This document shows positions 1-12,984 of a DNA stretch of 64,000 nt, piece after piece; position 1 is the first letter of the stretch, and every line of letters begins with the position of its first letter. Location: positions 18,476,001 to 18,540,000 of the forward strand of contig CDPCPM010000056.1 in the NCBI GenBank assembly GCA_976551045.1, written 5' to 3'. Under the pieces are notes generated by a model. The model did no database searches. It worked only from the letters and a program-made list of their open reading frames with translations, and was not told where the DNA came from. The DNA is from Glaucostegus cemiculus (taxonomy: Eukaryota). Position numbers and translations under genes: made by a program.

Positions 1-152
1 AGTTCTGACTTACTTTCTAAAAAAAACCATGAATGATCTGAGAAGGTTTATTCTTTCCAGCCACTAACCATGTCCCTGCCCTAAAAGGGGAGGAGGGAGG
101 AGTTTTGGGAGGCTGCCCTTTTTAAAACAAAGTCATTTTTTTTTCCTTTCAG

Positions 153-261
153 AAGTTGAAAGCAGTTGACCACCAGATGGGATGTTGTAGCTATGAAGTA
201 ATGATGTCGAAATATGTTCCTGTTGAGCACGAGTCGTCTGGAGGGGAAGACCAGTTTGATT
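153..261 (+). CDS. Candidate exon of an unidentified gene (KLKAVDHQ-MGCCSYEVMMSKYVPVEHESSGGEDQFD)
   Basis: Strong acceptor (ttttttttcctttcAG, ends 152) and donor (GTGAGT at 262). One frame is open across all 109 nt and the other two contain stops. ATG at 177 and CpGs retained. No protein family recognised. Confidence 0.4.
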
Positions 262-1615
262 GTGAGTAGCAATTCAAAACTCTTACAAACTCTTCCTACA
301 TGTAAATCCTTGTAGTCTAATCTGCCCTGTTTTGAGACACATAAGTGCAAGGTCAGGTTTACAATGACTATCAGTATGTTATCTCTGAGGAATGTTTGTT
401 AAAAAGGAGACTGCTGCTAGCTATAATTTTGCCTTTGACTCACGTTAAAAGGATGTGTGTGTCTGTACAAATAAAATTGTGCTCGCTGTTGCATTTTGTT
501 TTTGATAATTTATTTCTAACAGATCAATTGATCAAAGATCCCTTATCACAATGTATTTATTGAATGGTCCATTATTGCATGTCAGAAATCAGGGTTGTGA
601 AGGCAGTAGTACGTTTGAGACAAATGAGACGTGTATGTGTCTGTTGGTGGCTTTAATATATGTAAAGAAACTACCTTTGTCTTTTCAAATATGGCTGAAG
701 CGAACGTCAGACCTTTTCGAAGGGAAATTTGTCTGAATATATATTTTACCTGAAACAAAGTTTTGCCTTTCTTAATGTTTTTGTTAACACTTTCCATGCC
801 TTGACCTAGTTACACAGATGTGCTTAGTACACAGTCAGTGTCTCAAATTATGAATCTCTTACCCGCTAAAAGTTGCTTCTGACTATTGAACAAAAATCAA
901 AGTATGTTCATTGGAGGTTTTTATCCTTATTAAGAACAAGTACACTGACATAAATTAGTGTCTTTGGTCTGGATAATTTTGTGCATTTTGAAGCTAAATT
1001 TCAGTAAGACTGGTTGAACTTGGACAAAGTTTTGGTTGTGACTATCGTATACGCCTGACACTGTTCGTCATTCCGGCACTTGGTAAACAGATCAAAACTC
1101 CTCTGTTTATTTTAACCCCTTGAAAATCATATTTACCTGTGTCTAATGATGGTATTCAGCCAAGTTCTTTTGACCTCTGTGAAATTTTTTGAGATATTGC
1201 CATTCGCATATAGGGTACTGAATTAACACGAATCTACTGCGGAGCAATGGTAAAAGGATGACTTCTTACACCCACCAGTTTTGTTTTCCTGAAGAAGTTA
1301 ATATCAATGCTGGAAATTGGGCACAATCCATCTTTTCACTTTTATAAACTTTCTGACTGAATTACTCAAATTTGCTTTGCATGGAGTTATGATTTTGCCC
1401 TTTTTGTTGTAATTTACAGTCTAATCGCATTGTTATAAATTTACGAGAATGGCAAAAAGCAGCGTGTTCCCAGAGAAGGGGTAGGTTTGATGCCTTCCTA
1501 GTTGTAAGGGGGTTTCACCACGGACCAAGGTAATAGGATGTTATATTGAGGTTTTCGCTGTAACTTAATTACATCTGTTTTATTTGCTCCTAACCTATGA
1601 AGAAAAAGAGAAGAG

Positions 1616-1649
<34 letters not shown>
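1616..1649. repeat. (GA)n microsatellite
   Basis: Direct reading. Confidence 0.95.
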
Positions 1650-2599
1650 AACAGGAGGACAGACAGTATGCGGGAAGTGGTACTTGTTTTATTAAGCATG
1701 AGGCAAAAACAATCCTGCCTTAGAATTAGTCTTTGAGGAAAAAATACAGAAAATAATAAAATAGTTCCTATTTCACGTGTACTTGGTGCTAAATGTAGAC
1801 TCTGTATTTTCCCCTTCAAAGAACTTCCTGTTTGCCAAAGCCTGTTGCCCTCTTTCCATAATTCTAAATGAAGTTTCATTATACCCAGCACATTTTTTCA
1901 TGATTCATGCTCAGGATGTAAAGATTCAAAGATATAAATTCACATGTCAATTACCATAAAATATTTCAGTTCCAATTTATTTTTCCTTATTCCATCACCC
2001 TGTTCCATCATTGCCGATCTTCCCACCCCACCAGCTCCATTTTGCTTATTACTGTTAAATGTTGATGGAAAATAATTGATGCTGACTTGTGACCAGTTCC
2101 TAAATTAAATCTCAAACTTGCATCTATTTTTCACTAAAAATAGGTGCAAATTTGAAGCCTTCTGCTAAAATAAATTCTGTATAATCTGATGTGCTTGGAT
2201 CAGGAGCAGAGGGACTCCACTCCTGTGCGCAGTCAGGAAGAAACTGTTATCTGGATTTTTTAAATATGCTTGTCACGAGTCTTTGCTTTTTGTAGACTTG
2301 TATATATTTGGACTGACAGGTTTATGTGAAAGAAGAGCTATGTTCGCTCTACTGACCTCCTGAAAGGTACAGACCCAGATGTTAATTAAGCTGTTCACTC
2401 ATTCTTCTATAGAAGCAATGAAATGGCATCCTTGTGGTATTCCAAATACACAGAGTTAGTCGTGAGCAAAGCTTAGTGGTATCATTAGAGGGAAAGCTAC
2501 TATGGAAGGGTCTATTTTGGTGGAAGCACTTACTGAAAATGTAATGTCTGTCTTGGCTGTCACATTCACTTACGGTTTTATAAATAAAGGGAGATTTAG

Positions 2600-2832
2600 A
2601 ATGGCGTCTGAGTTTCCCCGTCCTATATAAAAAAACAAAAGGGCGTATATCGCGGCCGCAAAAAGACAGTGTGGAGTACCCATTAAATGGTGTATTTGAA
2701 AAGATAGCTTTACGTGAACTTCTTTTAGACTAAGGGCTAGTATATAGTATTCTCTCTTCGGAAACTCACTGTTGATACCTGCTCGGGTGAAGGGCCCAAT
2801 CCTTCAATGAAACAATTTCATTTGTTGTAAGT
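2600..2832 (+). promoter_or_regulatory. Candidate TATA promoter plus short first exon
   Basis: TATATAAA at 2624, CpG cluster with GCGGCCGC about 28 nt downstream, ATGGCG (YY1-like) at 2601, GTAAGT donor at 2827. Confidence 0.3.
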
Positions 2833-5800
2833 ATTTTATTCTGCTTTTATTGCAATGTTTTATTCCTCAATTTTGGGAATTTATAGGAAACCCATCCTGC
2901 TGCTTCTGCAAAATTTACTGATAGACTTTGCAAATTCAAGTATACTTTCATTTTCTGGAGAATTTTTTCCCCCATTTTATGGGTGGAAAAATATAACTCA
3001 AAAGGACTCCAGACTCTTGAGCTTCCAAATCCTTTACCTCATCAAAAGAATTGCTCTCTTATGTTGCTTTTTTCTCGACAATCAACCCAATAAACTCGTT
3101 TGCCGTTCTCAAGTAAACATATGAATCACACATAAGCATCTGAGACGGCCATTGAGTATTTAAAAAAATATCTGCATGAAAACCCGAAAGCTTTTGTTTT
3201 GTAAATCTCTCAAGTGAAATGTTCTGCAGTAGAACAGAGAAATCCAGAGAGTACATCTTGGGTGATAGTATTTTGTTTCACTGCAAAACCTTCGCACATT
3301 ATTTGCCTTTGGTGAAGAGATGCTACTGCAGCATGTGACAGAGCTAATCCCAGAAATTTTTTTCCATTTCCTTCCCTCGCTTGATTAGCATGAGTGCTGC
3401 GAGCATGTGCTCCATCTTGTTTTAGTGATTTTAGCTGGATCCTTACTGGACCCTTTGTTGATCTGGGTAAAGAGTCTAACCTACAGTCTGGTGAAATATA
3501 GCACTCGTGTGTGAATGCACTGTGCCACTGGGTGTTAGAATAAGCAGTTTCCCCACTGTGATTCTCCGTAACATCCATTTCAAATTCGGCCTGGTCCACA
3601 CGAGATGGTGAAACTTTAACACCCTCAAGCTCCTCCCAGCAGCTATCCAGTAGACCCATTTACACAGTCACAGGAACGGGCTTCCCTGCTGACCTTCAAA
3701 CTGCCAAGGGAATGCAACAAGAATAGAAGGGGTGTAAGGTAGAAGAAACCCTTTGCATAAATAAATCTGCTGTGAAAGAAAAGCAATGATTCAACCGTGT
3801 GTTAGTACTCATTTATTTACTAGTTGATAGAACCAATTAACTATATGCTCAGTTTGAATGAGCCCGTACGGATTGCTGGTTGGTAGATACTGAATGTGCA
3901 TAATTGGCCTTAACTGAGAGAAAACATCACAGAAAAAGGAAAATGCAGCTGTAATTGTCCTAGTAAAGGAAGCAGACACCCATATCCCATTGGGCTGTAA
4001 AATGGCTCCTGCGGAGGAGAAATCAAGGGAGGCAAACTTTAGATAAAAAGCTACAGGGCTGTGAAACTTCCAGTGTCCGTCTTCCATCTGCAGCAAGTTT
4101 ATGGTATTTAAATTTCCATGTGGTCAAACTTTCAGAGGCCATGCAATCGTTAGGGAGACTGTAGTCACAAAAATAATCAGTCCTGAATCTACGCACTTCA
4201 CATTATGCTTTGTTTTATTGTAGAATCTAATTGTTCCCAAAATGGTGACAGGAAATGGAATTTTACTCCACTTCAGTGCTGCCATGGATATTAACGTCAG
4301 CCCTTGTAAATCTGATCTAAGAAATTATTATCTGGCCTCTACTTGTTCCTGCACCTGGGTGAAGCCTCCCAAATGCACATTTAGTTTTGTGGAACATTTT
4401 TGTATCTCTTTGCCATATGTACTGTGTGTAGTTCAAATCTGGAAGTTGTCAAAATATCCAGGTTAATGTATACTGTCCTCTGCAGGTCACACATCCAGTG
4501 ATGATCTGTATTCACTGATTCCTGCACTCAGTCCGTTCCCACTTACTATGTTCCGCAAATAATCTTTCCTATTGCCCACATGTGATCTGTACTCACTTCT
4601 ACCCACACATGGAGTTAATTCCGACTTTGGGTGATAGTCTAAAGTGAATGATGGTGAAATGGCAACTGATTTTACATCACTGGAAATCTTTGATCTATTA
4701 AATATTTCAACCTTTTAAAAAGATTCCAATATCCAATCTATGTTTTTTAACATAGATTTTTAGAAAGACATAATAAAAGCTGACAACTCATTGTTGAATG
4801 GATGAAAAGTTGAGACATCATCTAATTTTATTAGGGGAAAGGCAAGAGTCTTTACCTGGTTTCAAAGTCAAGGTGATTCTACAACTGACGCTATTGTTAA
4901 ATTAACAGTAAAAGCCAAAGGGGGATTCACACCAGGGCTTGTTCTCAGAGAGCTGACAGCAGAAGAGACTTCATTTCAACATTCCTTTCAAGAACAACAA
5001 TAAATCGCCATTCCTTTGATGAGTTATGATTAATACTCACAGCAATATAGGGATAAATCTTCGGTTTAAGTTGTGAAGAAATACATCTTTCATTTGATAT
5101 ATAGTTCATTTCAGAATATTATGTTGCATTAATCCCGTAAGTAAACATGAGGCAAACTTTATGACTTTCAGCTTAAGCTCTCCATTTTGGCATGTTTAAC
5201 TGGTGGCGGGAAGCTGGTGGGAGTGGGTGGCAATCTCATGCAGGAATGTGAGTTGGAGGCCCACCAGCATTTAGCAACTGTGCCTCATTTGAATGGTCAT
5301 TTGTTTGGCTGTTTCCAGCACTCTGACCAGAAACCCCACATTACAGTCCCCTGGATTCTGACCAGAAAACCTTTTCAGCAGTCCTTTGCATCCCATCTCC
5401 CTAAACTACGTCGCTAACACATACAACTTACAAACTTTGACACTAAGGTAAGATGCTGTTTCATTAGTGTTTGTATGGGTGAAAAGAACAGCCATATTTA
5501 GGAAAATGAACAACTCAGCACTCATACAACTAATACAATGCTGTAAGAAACAGAACTCTAAAATGATAATTTTACAAAGTTGTTGTAATTGACAATCATA
5601 AAGAAATATAAGGAAGCTGTAAGGACTATTAAAGGTTGACACTCTTTTTGAAAGATCTGCATGTGACTTAAACTAAACTGCAGACAATCATCAATAAAAA
5701 TGTCAATAAAACAAGTTTTAAAATTAAAATCGCAGAAGCTTATATTGTTTACGAGTTCCATTTGTCAGTACTTATGAATGTGACAGTTATAAAATCCCAT

Positions 5801-6355
5801 TTTTATATTTGAATGGTAACCCTTGTATATGTTCAACAAATATATTTTTTTATATAACGTGAATATTGTAATGGATACCAGGCTGAATTTGATGCAATTT
5901 GATACAAAGCATCCAGGCCTTAAGCCAGCCACGCAGACTCCCAGATACGAGTGCCACCCACCTTTAAACAGCACGGCTAGTGTTATACTGACTATAAAAG
6001 CTGCAATGTCTTCAAAGAATCATTCAGAGCTGTCTTTTCATTGATTCTCCAATATTGCAGCTTGAGTAATTATCATACTAACATTATTATCCTATTTGTT
6101 CTGTCACTGTTAATTCCAATGCAGTAGCATTCTCTATTTACATTGCCATTTCCTACCTTTTTTTTTCATATATACATTTTGAGCTGCTAAATTTCTACCT
6201 TCAAACCTGCTTTTGTAACTGCTCTGCATGCTAGTGGTTCCTGGAGAATTTATGAACATGGAATGTATCCAAAGTCTCCACAAGCAGGAAAAATGTACCA
6301 TGATGGTGTTGTTAGGGAACTTGTCAGATGCAGGACCAGACAGACTAGATAACTA

Positions 6356-7552
6356 GGAGACACAGGAGACTGCAGATGCTGGAATTGGGAACAAAAGATA
6401 AACTGCAGGAGGAATTCAGAGGGTTGAGCAGCATCACTGAGGGGATATGAATGGCTGACATTTCAGGTCAAGACTCTGCATCAGAACTGAGAGTGGAGAG
6501 GGAAGATAATGGCATAAAGAAGAGAGGGATGGGACAGGGGACGGTAGGCTATAGGTGGAGCAAGTAGGGGTGAGGGATAATGGGCAGAAGGAGTCAGGTA
6601 GGAGAGGGAGACAGACAGAGTCAGGTAGATGATTGATAGAAGTAGACAAGGGAAAAAAGGGGCAGATGGAGTCAAGTGGCGGGAAAGAGAAGGAGGAAGT
6701 TGGAAACAGAGCCTGTAGGGTAATAAGTGGGAGCACAAACGCTACAAGTGTTAGAATCTGATAAATAAGGAAGGTAATAATCTGAAACAATTAAGGGAGA
6801 AATGAAAGGCAGATGGAACCAGATGACTGAGGAGATCTGGTGGGTGAAGTGTGTAGATAGTAGGTGGATGGAAACAGGAGAGGGAGGGAGACAAAATTTG
6901 GAGATGAGGGGGTCTAGATGGTGGGTATGGGAAAGGAATAAAAAATGGGAGGACCACAGGTAGATTGGAAGGAGAGAGAGAGGAGTAATAGTGGTTACCT
7001 GAAATTGGAAAATTCAATGTTCATTCCATTGGGTTGTAGACTACCCTGTTGGAGTACGAGGTGTTCTTCTTCTAGTTTGTATTGGTACTCATCCTGGTGG
7101 TGGAGAAGGCCAAGGATGGACAGGTTGGCATGGGACTGGGAAGGAGAGCTGAAATGGCATCCAACCAGGAGATCGGAATGGCCATTTTGGGGAGAGAGCA
7201 CAGGTGCTCTGCAAAACAGTAGCCTAGTCTGCACTTGGTCTCTCCGATGTAGAGGACACCACGTTGTGAGCACGAAATGCAATAGACGAGGTTGGAAGAG
7301 GTGCACACGAATCTTTGCCTCACCCTGGAAGGGTTGTTTAGGTCCCTGGATGGTGGTGAGGGAGGAGGTGTAAGAACAAGTGTTGCAATTCCTACACTTG
7401 CAGGAAGAAGTGCTAGGGGTCAAGGAGACGGTGGGTGGGGCGGGATGAGCAAACCAGGGAGTCACGGAGAGAGTAGTCCCTGCAGAAGGCGGAAAGAGGT
7501 GGGATAGGGAGGATGTAGTGGTGGGATCCCATTGCAGCTGGTGGAATGGATG
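6356..7552 (-). mobile_element. Penelope-like retroelement 3' fragment (GIY-YIG endonuclease remnant plus terminal repeat)
   Basis: Frameshifted CKCRNCNTC...NLVYCISCSQRGVLYIGETKCRLGYCFAEHL...GCHF...QPNGMNIEFSNFR* at about 7480-6995. This is followed by a pyrimidine-rich 3' region and the terminal repeat ending CCAGCATCTGCAGTCTCCTGTGTCTC. Confidence 0.9.
6453..6489 (-). ncRNA. Degenerate minimal type I hammerhead ribozyme motif in PLE terminal repeat
   Basis: CAGTT-CTGATGc-AGAGTCttGACCT-GAAAtGTC-AGCC. The core has substitutions, so this copy is probably inactive. Confidence 0.55.
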
Positions 7553-7858
7553 GCTAGATGCAGGGTGGATGCTCCCAATTCCTGGGTAGTCCAGAACTAG
7601 AGATCAGAGCCACTTAGAGCCAAGGTTAGGGGAAATTTCTTCACCTAGAGCATAGTAAATATGTGGAATTCTCTACCTGCAGAAGGCAGGGGAGAGCAGA
7701 ACATTAAACACGCACAAGAAAGAGATAAATGCTAAAGGGATCAAGGAACATGGGGAGAAGGCCTATGATACTGAAGTGGATGATCAGCCATGATCATATT
7801 GGGACAGATCTGAAGGGCTGAATGGCCTACTCCTGCTTCTATTCTCTACGTTTCTATA
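7553..7858 (+). mobile_element. CR1 LINE 3' end
   Basis: ggaaatttcttcacctagag...gtggaattctctacc...gatcagccatgatc...gggctgaatggcctactcctgcttcta, a typical shark CR1 3' UTR. Confidence 0.85.
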
Positions 7859-9635
7859 TCTCTACACTCGTTGAGAAAAATAAATTAATGCATTAATGGC
7901 CAAATGTCCATACATTTGTGAAAGAAAATTGAAACCAAAAGGTTATTTTATCTTGTCTGACACAGAGAGCCCCACATGTCTCACTTTAATTTTAGTGTTG
8001 ACCTTTTGCACAAAGAGTATAGACCAGATAAATGATGGTTATAATACATGGAGGGAAAATTTGTGCAAAATGTTTGAAAATAGCAATTAGAAATGCTGTA
8101 ACTTGAAATATCTCAAGGATACATAAAGAGTCTCCTCTATTTGTGTCTCACTAACTGTTCTGGCTTCAGATCAATGAAGCTTTTGACTGGAAAATCACTA
8201 AAATTTGCTTTACTTTTTGTAATTGAAAAATATTCAAACCCACTATATTCAAAAAAGAACCAATATGACAGTTGGCAACAAGTACAATTAAAATAGTTAC
8301 TGTGCTCTTATAGAATGTAGGGAGAAATGCCCTTTTTTAAATACAGCAACCACTCCAAAGTGGCTCGTGACAGATGCTATGTACTTGTAGGTGATAACAA
8401 CATTTACTGAACAGCTGAAAATTCACCCCTGCCTGGTAGATTCCAGCTTATAGATGCCTTATCCTAGTACATATGTGCCATGAGACATACTTCCTGCATA
8501 ATCTTCACTTGTATATTATTTCAAATGGGTAAAGAATCTGTAAAGTGCATTGCAAAGTGTCAAACATTTGGGAGCACTGGACTGAAGAGTCACCCTTACA
8601 TGTAATCCGTTTGATTATGTAAATATGGAATTTAATTTATGGTCCGAGGGACTGTCCTTCTACACTAGGATCTTGTTCCTACCAACAGGTATTATTGTAC
8701 CACTGTTAGCTCTTGAAAACACAAATTCATTAAAATGAAGCTATATCATAGATGTCAAAAAAATTTTAAGTTCATATGTTGTTTCTAATGACGATAAATA
8801 AAATCATGGTTTTAGCAAGAAAAGTAATTGAATTATGCATGGTATATAATAGATAACTTCCTATTGCTTTATCTATTTGAAGAGTAAATAAGACACAGTC
8901 TTGTGCATGGAGGTCAAATTCAACAAATGCAAAAGTGAACAGTTAAGTAGCATGTCATCAGAATGATGCACAGGCTTTTGTTGAATCAAATGCTAAGCAG
9001 TGGCATCAATGAGAAATGGAAGAAATGGGTGGGGACGTGCAAGATCAGTGGGCCTTCTGATTCTAAGGTTTTAGCTGTTTTCCTGGATTCAGGTCACAAA
9101 ATGTGGTGAAATCTGTTAAAAGTGATTATGAACTTTTTGGAAGAAAATATTCAGAAATTTCATAACTCACATCACAACAAACAATTTTAGAAGAAGCAGA
9201 ATCAAATGCTTAAGAATATTAAAAAAAGTTTCCATTGAATTCCCTATTGCGTTTATTGGTAACTGGTTATAAGCCTTGCGCTTATAACCACTTGTTTTGA
9301 TTTCCCCTTTATTTACACTGTTTCTACTTTATCAATTCAACTTTATCAAATACCTATTCACAACAATTAATACTTCACTAAACAGTAAACAATAAAGGAA
9401 ATAGCATCACAATTCAAGGTCACTAGAACTATCCAAGACCATCAGAAGCAAAGGGTTGTAGGATTTTTCGAAATAGGTATTAGCAAAATAGCGGTTTATT
9501 TAACTCCCTGCCCAATTACCTTTAAACTTTAATCCCTAGATGAATTTGCACCAAGGTATCACCTATTTGCCGAGAACCAAAAATAAATGCAGCTAAGCTG
9601 GGTCAGTTGATTCATCTCATCTCATACATCAAGAA

Positions 9636-9872
9636 TTTAAATGTCCGCTGCCAGTACGTGCACTTTAAGATTATTTATTTATTTAACTTGTATATTTTAA
9701 TTTTGGGGTTCTAATGTTTTTAGTGTCTCTCTGTCTTTGTGTTTCTCAGTGTCTGTTTCTCTTTTTTTAATGTGACATGCACCCTGACCTGTAGAGTACG
9801 GTATTTCACTCCTATGCATACTGTATGTGTATATGGTAGTGACAATAAAACTGATTCTGATTCTGATTCTGA
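9636..9872 (+). mobile_element. Rex1/Babar LINE 3' UTR, 5'-truncated, (CTGATT)n tail
   Basis: Near-identical to the reverse complement of 34071-34305, which is attached to a Rex1 ORF end. AATAAA followed by (CTGATT)3. Confidence 0.85.
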
Positions 9873-9889
9873 ATATCATACTTAAATAA

Positions 9890-10066
9890 AAGCTCAGTTG
9901 GTTAGGCAGCATTTGTGGAGAGGGAAACAGAGTCAATGACTTTTCATAAAGGTTCTAATGAAAATTTACCTACCTGAAACCTCAGGTATTTCTTTCTCCA
10001 CAGTTGCTGCCTGATCTGGAGTGTATTTTGAGTATTTTCTGTTTCTATTTCTGATTTCCAGCATCT
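9890..10066. mobile_element. Palindromic PLE-derived short element (inverted arms)
   Basis: Left arm ggcagcatttgtggagagggaaac pairs with right arm ttctttctccacagttgctgcc...ttccagcatctg. Decayed hammerhead core at about 9951-9983. Confidence 0.75.
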
Positions 10067-10734
10067 GTTTTACTGGGAAATCATACTACTCTCCTTATTG
10101 CAGCCTTCAGTAGTTCAATCTGTTCTTATCTCCAGCATTTTAAACCAGTTCCAAATTTGAAGAACATATTTGGCACTAATCTGCCTTTTACCATTTTAAG
10201 CCTGTGTTCCCCAGATTAAAATTGCCAAAACTAAAGTTGCTCCTCTGGGGTTACTTTCTGAATGCTATGTTAAATCGTAAATCGTAAACAATAAGGCCCA
10301 CAAATATCATCTCCTTGGATTGTTGAAGAGTCAAAGGAGATAATTTTCATCAAAGGCTGAGACAGAGCAAGCAGTGGGCTTCCCAATTGCACAGAACTTC
10401 CCAGTGTCCTCAGGTTGACTTTCTATTGATGGGGCAGAGCACAAGAAATCTGGTGGCTTCTCCATTCTGCTAAACTAGATGTTGGAGACTGAAGGCAGGG
10501 AGGCAAGGGGCAACAATAGAGTAGGATGTTTGTGCAATCAGAAGAAGCATTCATGTTCCTCCGTATACTACAGTAATAATTAAAAGACTATAAATGTACA
10601 GCTTATGCACACTACATATGATGGTGGTTTCTTTAGGGTCTACAGGTTAGCCCAGTCTACACATATCACCAATGAGCAAACAATGGCCAAAACACTGGTG
10701 CCTGAAAATGGGACTAGGATCTCATGCATGACAT

Positions 10735-10835
10735 AAGATGTGAGAGAATAGGGTACAGGGAAATAGATGAGGAAATAGGATTGCTCTGAGAGCAAGCTTA
10801 GACTCAGTGGGCAGAATGACCTCCTTCTTTATCAT
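10735..10835 (+). mobile_element. HE1-like SINE / CR1 tail fragment
   Basis: ggattgctctgagagcaagcttagactcagtgggcagaatgacctccttc matches the tail of the SINEs at 45060 and 61873. Confidence 0.55.
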
Positions 10836-12938
10836 TAGGGAATATAAATATAGTCACTTTCATATGTTAATAAGAAAGCTGCCAGAAAGAGGTGTCTACC
10901 TGGCTGCACTTTGGAAGCTGAGGAGGAGCTGATTAGAGGCATGTGTATGAACAGGTGGAAAGGCTGGTGCTGAGATTTTTTTGAATGTAACTTATGATGT
11001 CCTGTTTGATGGACGCAATAAACCAAAACCCCTAGATTTCTTGATTCTTTCTCCAGACTTTATTCCCAGTAAACTTGCATTCTGTAATCTAGACATGGCC
11101 AAATGACCGTTTCACGATTCATAACTTTCATCTGAACTCAGACTGCATTTTTACCTTTGAAACTGCATTCTGGCCATTGATATTGTACATGTGATTTACT
11201 ACTTGTTCTTCAACTTTGATTCTAGAGCTGTTTTTTTTTCACATTTTTGACTTCCAGCAACTGTTTTACTGGCAAATCATACAGAACCCATCTGTATGGA
11301 TCTGACCTCAGCACACCTCCATATTCCTGGAGCATATAGAATTTGCACAAAAGAATTAATTATCACAATATGCTTTCTGTTACTTTATTTGGAAGTCATA
11401 TTGTGCAAGTAAATATTGTGAGTTTATAGACTAACAGCAGTGTCCACCATATATACATCCCTTTACATCTCCTCCTTCAGAGAAATAAAGCGGTACTCTG
11501 GGAGGACTGCAAATGAGGAAAGGTGGATCAACTGCATGCTGTATACCCGAGTTGATAACATTGATTTTGACTTGGTTCACCAAGGACGGCCAACCCACCT
11601 TCCTTTGATTCATGCCTTTACCAATGTCAGATTTTACTACTGATGTATGCAGAGAAAGACAATCATTGATTGGGTAAATGGAAAAGGAACTGCATTGAAA
11701 CAATCATTAACAAGTATCTTGATATCCATTAGATGAAAGCTTGCCGTAAGAGGTGAATCTTTACACTTTCAAAGAAACATATTTTCCACCTTCTTTTTAA
11801 TTTAGTTTATTAATTCTCTGGATCCGAACTGAGAAATTTAAATATAAAATGCACAGGCAGCAGTTTACATTAAAACAACTGGTAATTTTTGAGATATGTC
11901 AGCAAATCTGTGAAAGGAGTTAATATTGCTTTTCAGTAAGGTAAAGTTTTGTTAATTTATAATAAGGTTCTTTGATGTTGAAATTATGAAATTCAGCTCT
12001 GTCATTTGAAATTGTAACTTATTTGCTTGAAAATGTTCTCTGCACTAAAGCAGTAGTATGACCAACACTCGTAAAATAAATAGATTAGTGTCTCTGCTAG
12101 ATGAGCGGAAAGTGGAATTTCAGCCAAACACATTAAAAATTTCATATATTAGTATCCAAAAGTATGACTCCCTAGTTTTTAGAAAGAGTTCAACTGACAA
12201 TATTTGGTAAGTCTCACTCTCTTTCCACTAATATTGCTTTCTTTTACTGCCCCCAATGGTATATGCCATTTCTTATTCATTCTTCTTGCCAGTTTTAAGT
12301 TTTAGTTTTTCATTGATTTTTGATGAGTGGCTGGTTTATATTGGATTCAAAGGCTCTTTTGAAGAAGGAGGTTTGTGTTAAGGAGGTTACCATGCGATTA
12401 GATGGCTGATAAAGAATGAATGTCACCAGCAGGCTTCCTATAAAAGAAAATTCCTGTTGAACTCCTTCTTGTTGAGGAATTCAATTTAGAGTAGTTTTCT
12501 TTTTAAAAGTTTTCTTGAGACAATACTTTGTACTTAATATTTCCATTGAGAAATTAATATACTTTTGGGCTGAAACAAACCCCTTATAAATACAGCTTCA
12601 CAGCACATTAATGATTGCATTAGTAAAATCTCAAATGAAGAGGGGCCAAAAAGGGGTAATAAACATTTAAAAGTAGCAGGATCATTGTGGAAAAGCTGGA
12701 TTGCATTAATGTGGCAACTGTTTGATTAGAGTGTATGTTAATTCCAAACAGAGTCTGTGTGTGTCTCTCTATTGATTTCAGCTTTTAATCTTAAACTCTT
12801 GATGGGAAAAATCAATTCAATTGATTCATTTGCACATCATGCACCTTTAAAAAGTACTTACAGGAATTTATTTAGACATGAACGTTTTCTGGACATGCAC
12901 TACTAATAATCTTTTAATCCTTTATTGGCCTATATATA

Positions 12939-12984
12939 GTTGAATATGTTGAATATATATATATCCATATTCAACATATTCAAC
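12939..12984. repeat. Perfect 18-bp inverted repeat made of 9-bp tandem units
   Basis: (GTTGAATAT)2, 10-nt loop, (ATATTCAAC)2. Confidence 0.9.

Noticed and set aside
1-40. Minus-strand ttttttttAG-aaa-GTAAGT possible 3-nt microexon
   Set aside because: At the window edge with no supporting context, and indistinguishable from chance.
167-185. CTCF-like site TGACCACCAGATGGGATG
   Set aside because: The 3' GGCGC part of the motif is not matched, so it cannot be supported without data.
3210-3659. 149-aa minus-strand ORF
   Set aside because: No recognisable domain or convincing gene context, and about one ORF of this length is expected by chance in six frames of 64 kb.
6434-7017. Pro/Ser/Leu-rich minus-strand ORFs
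   Set aside because: Translation of the pyrimidine-rich PLE 3' region.
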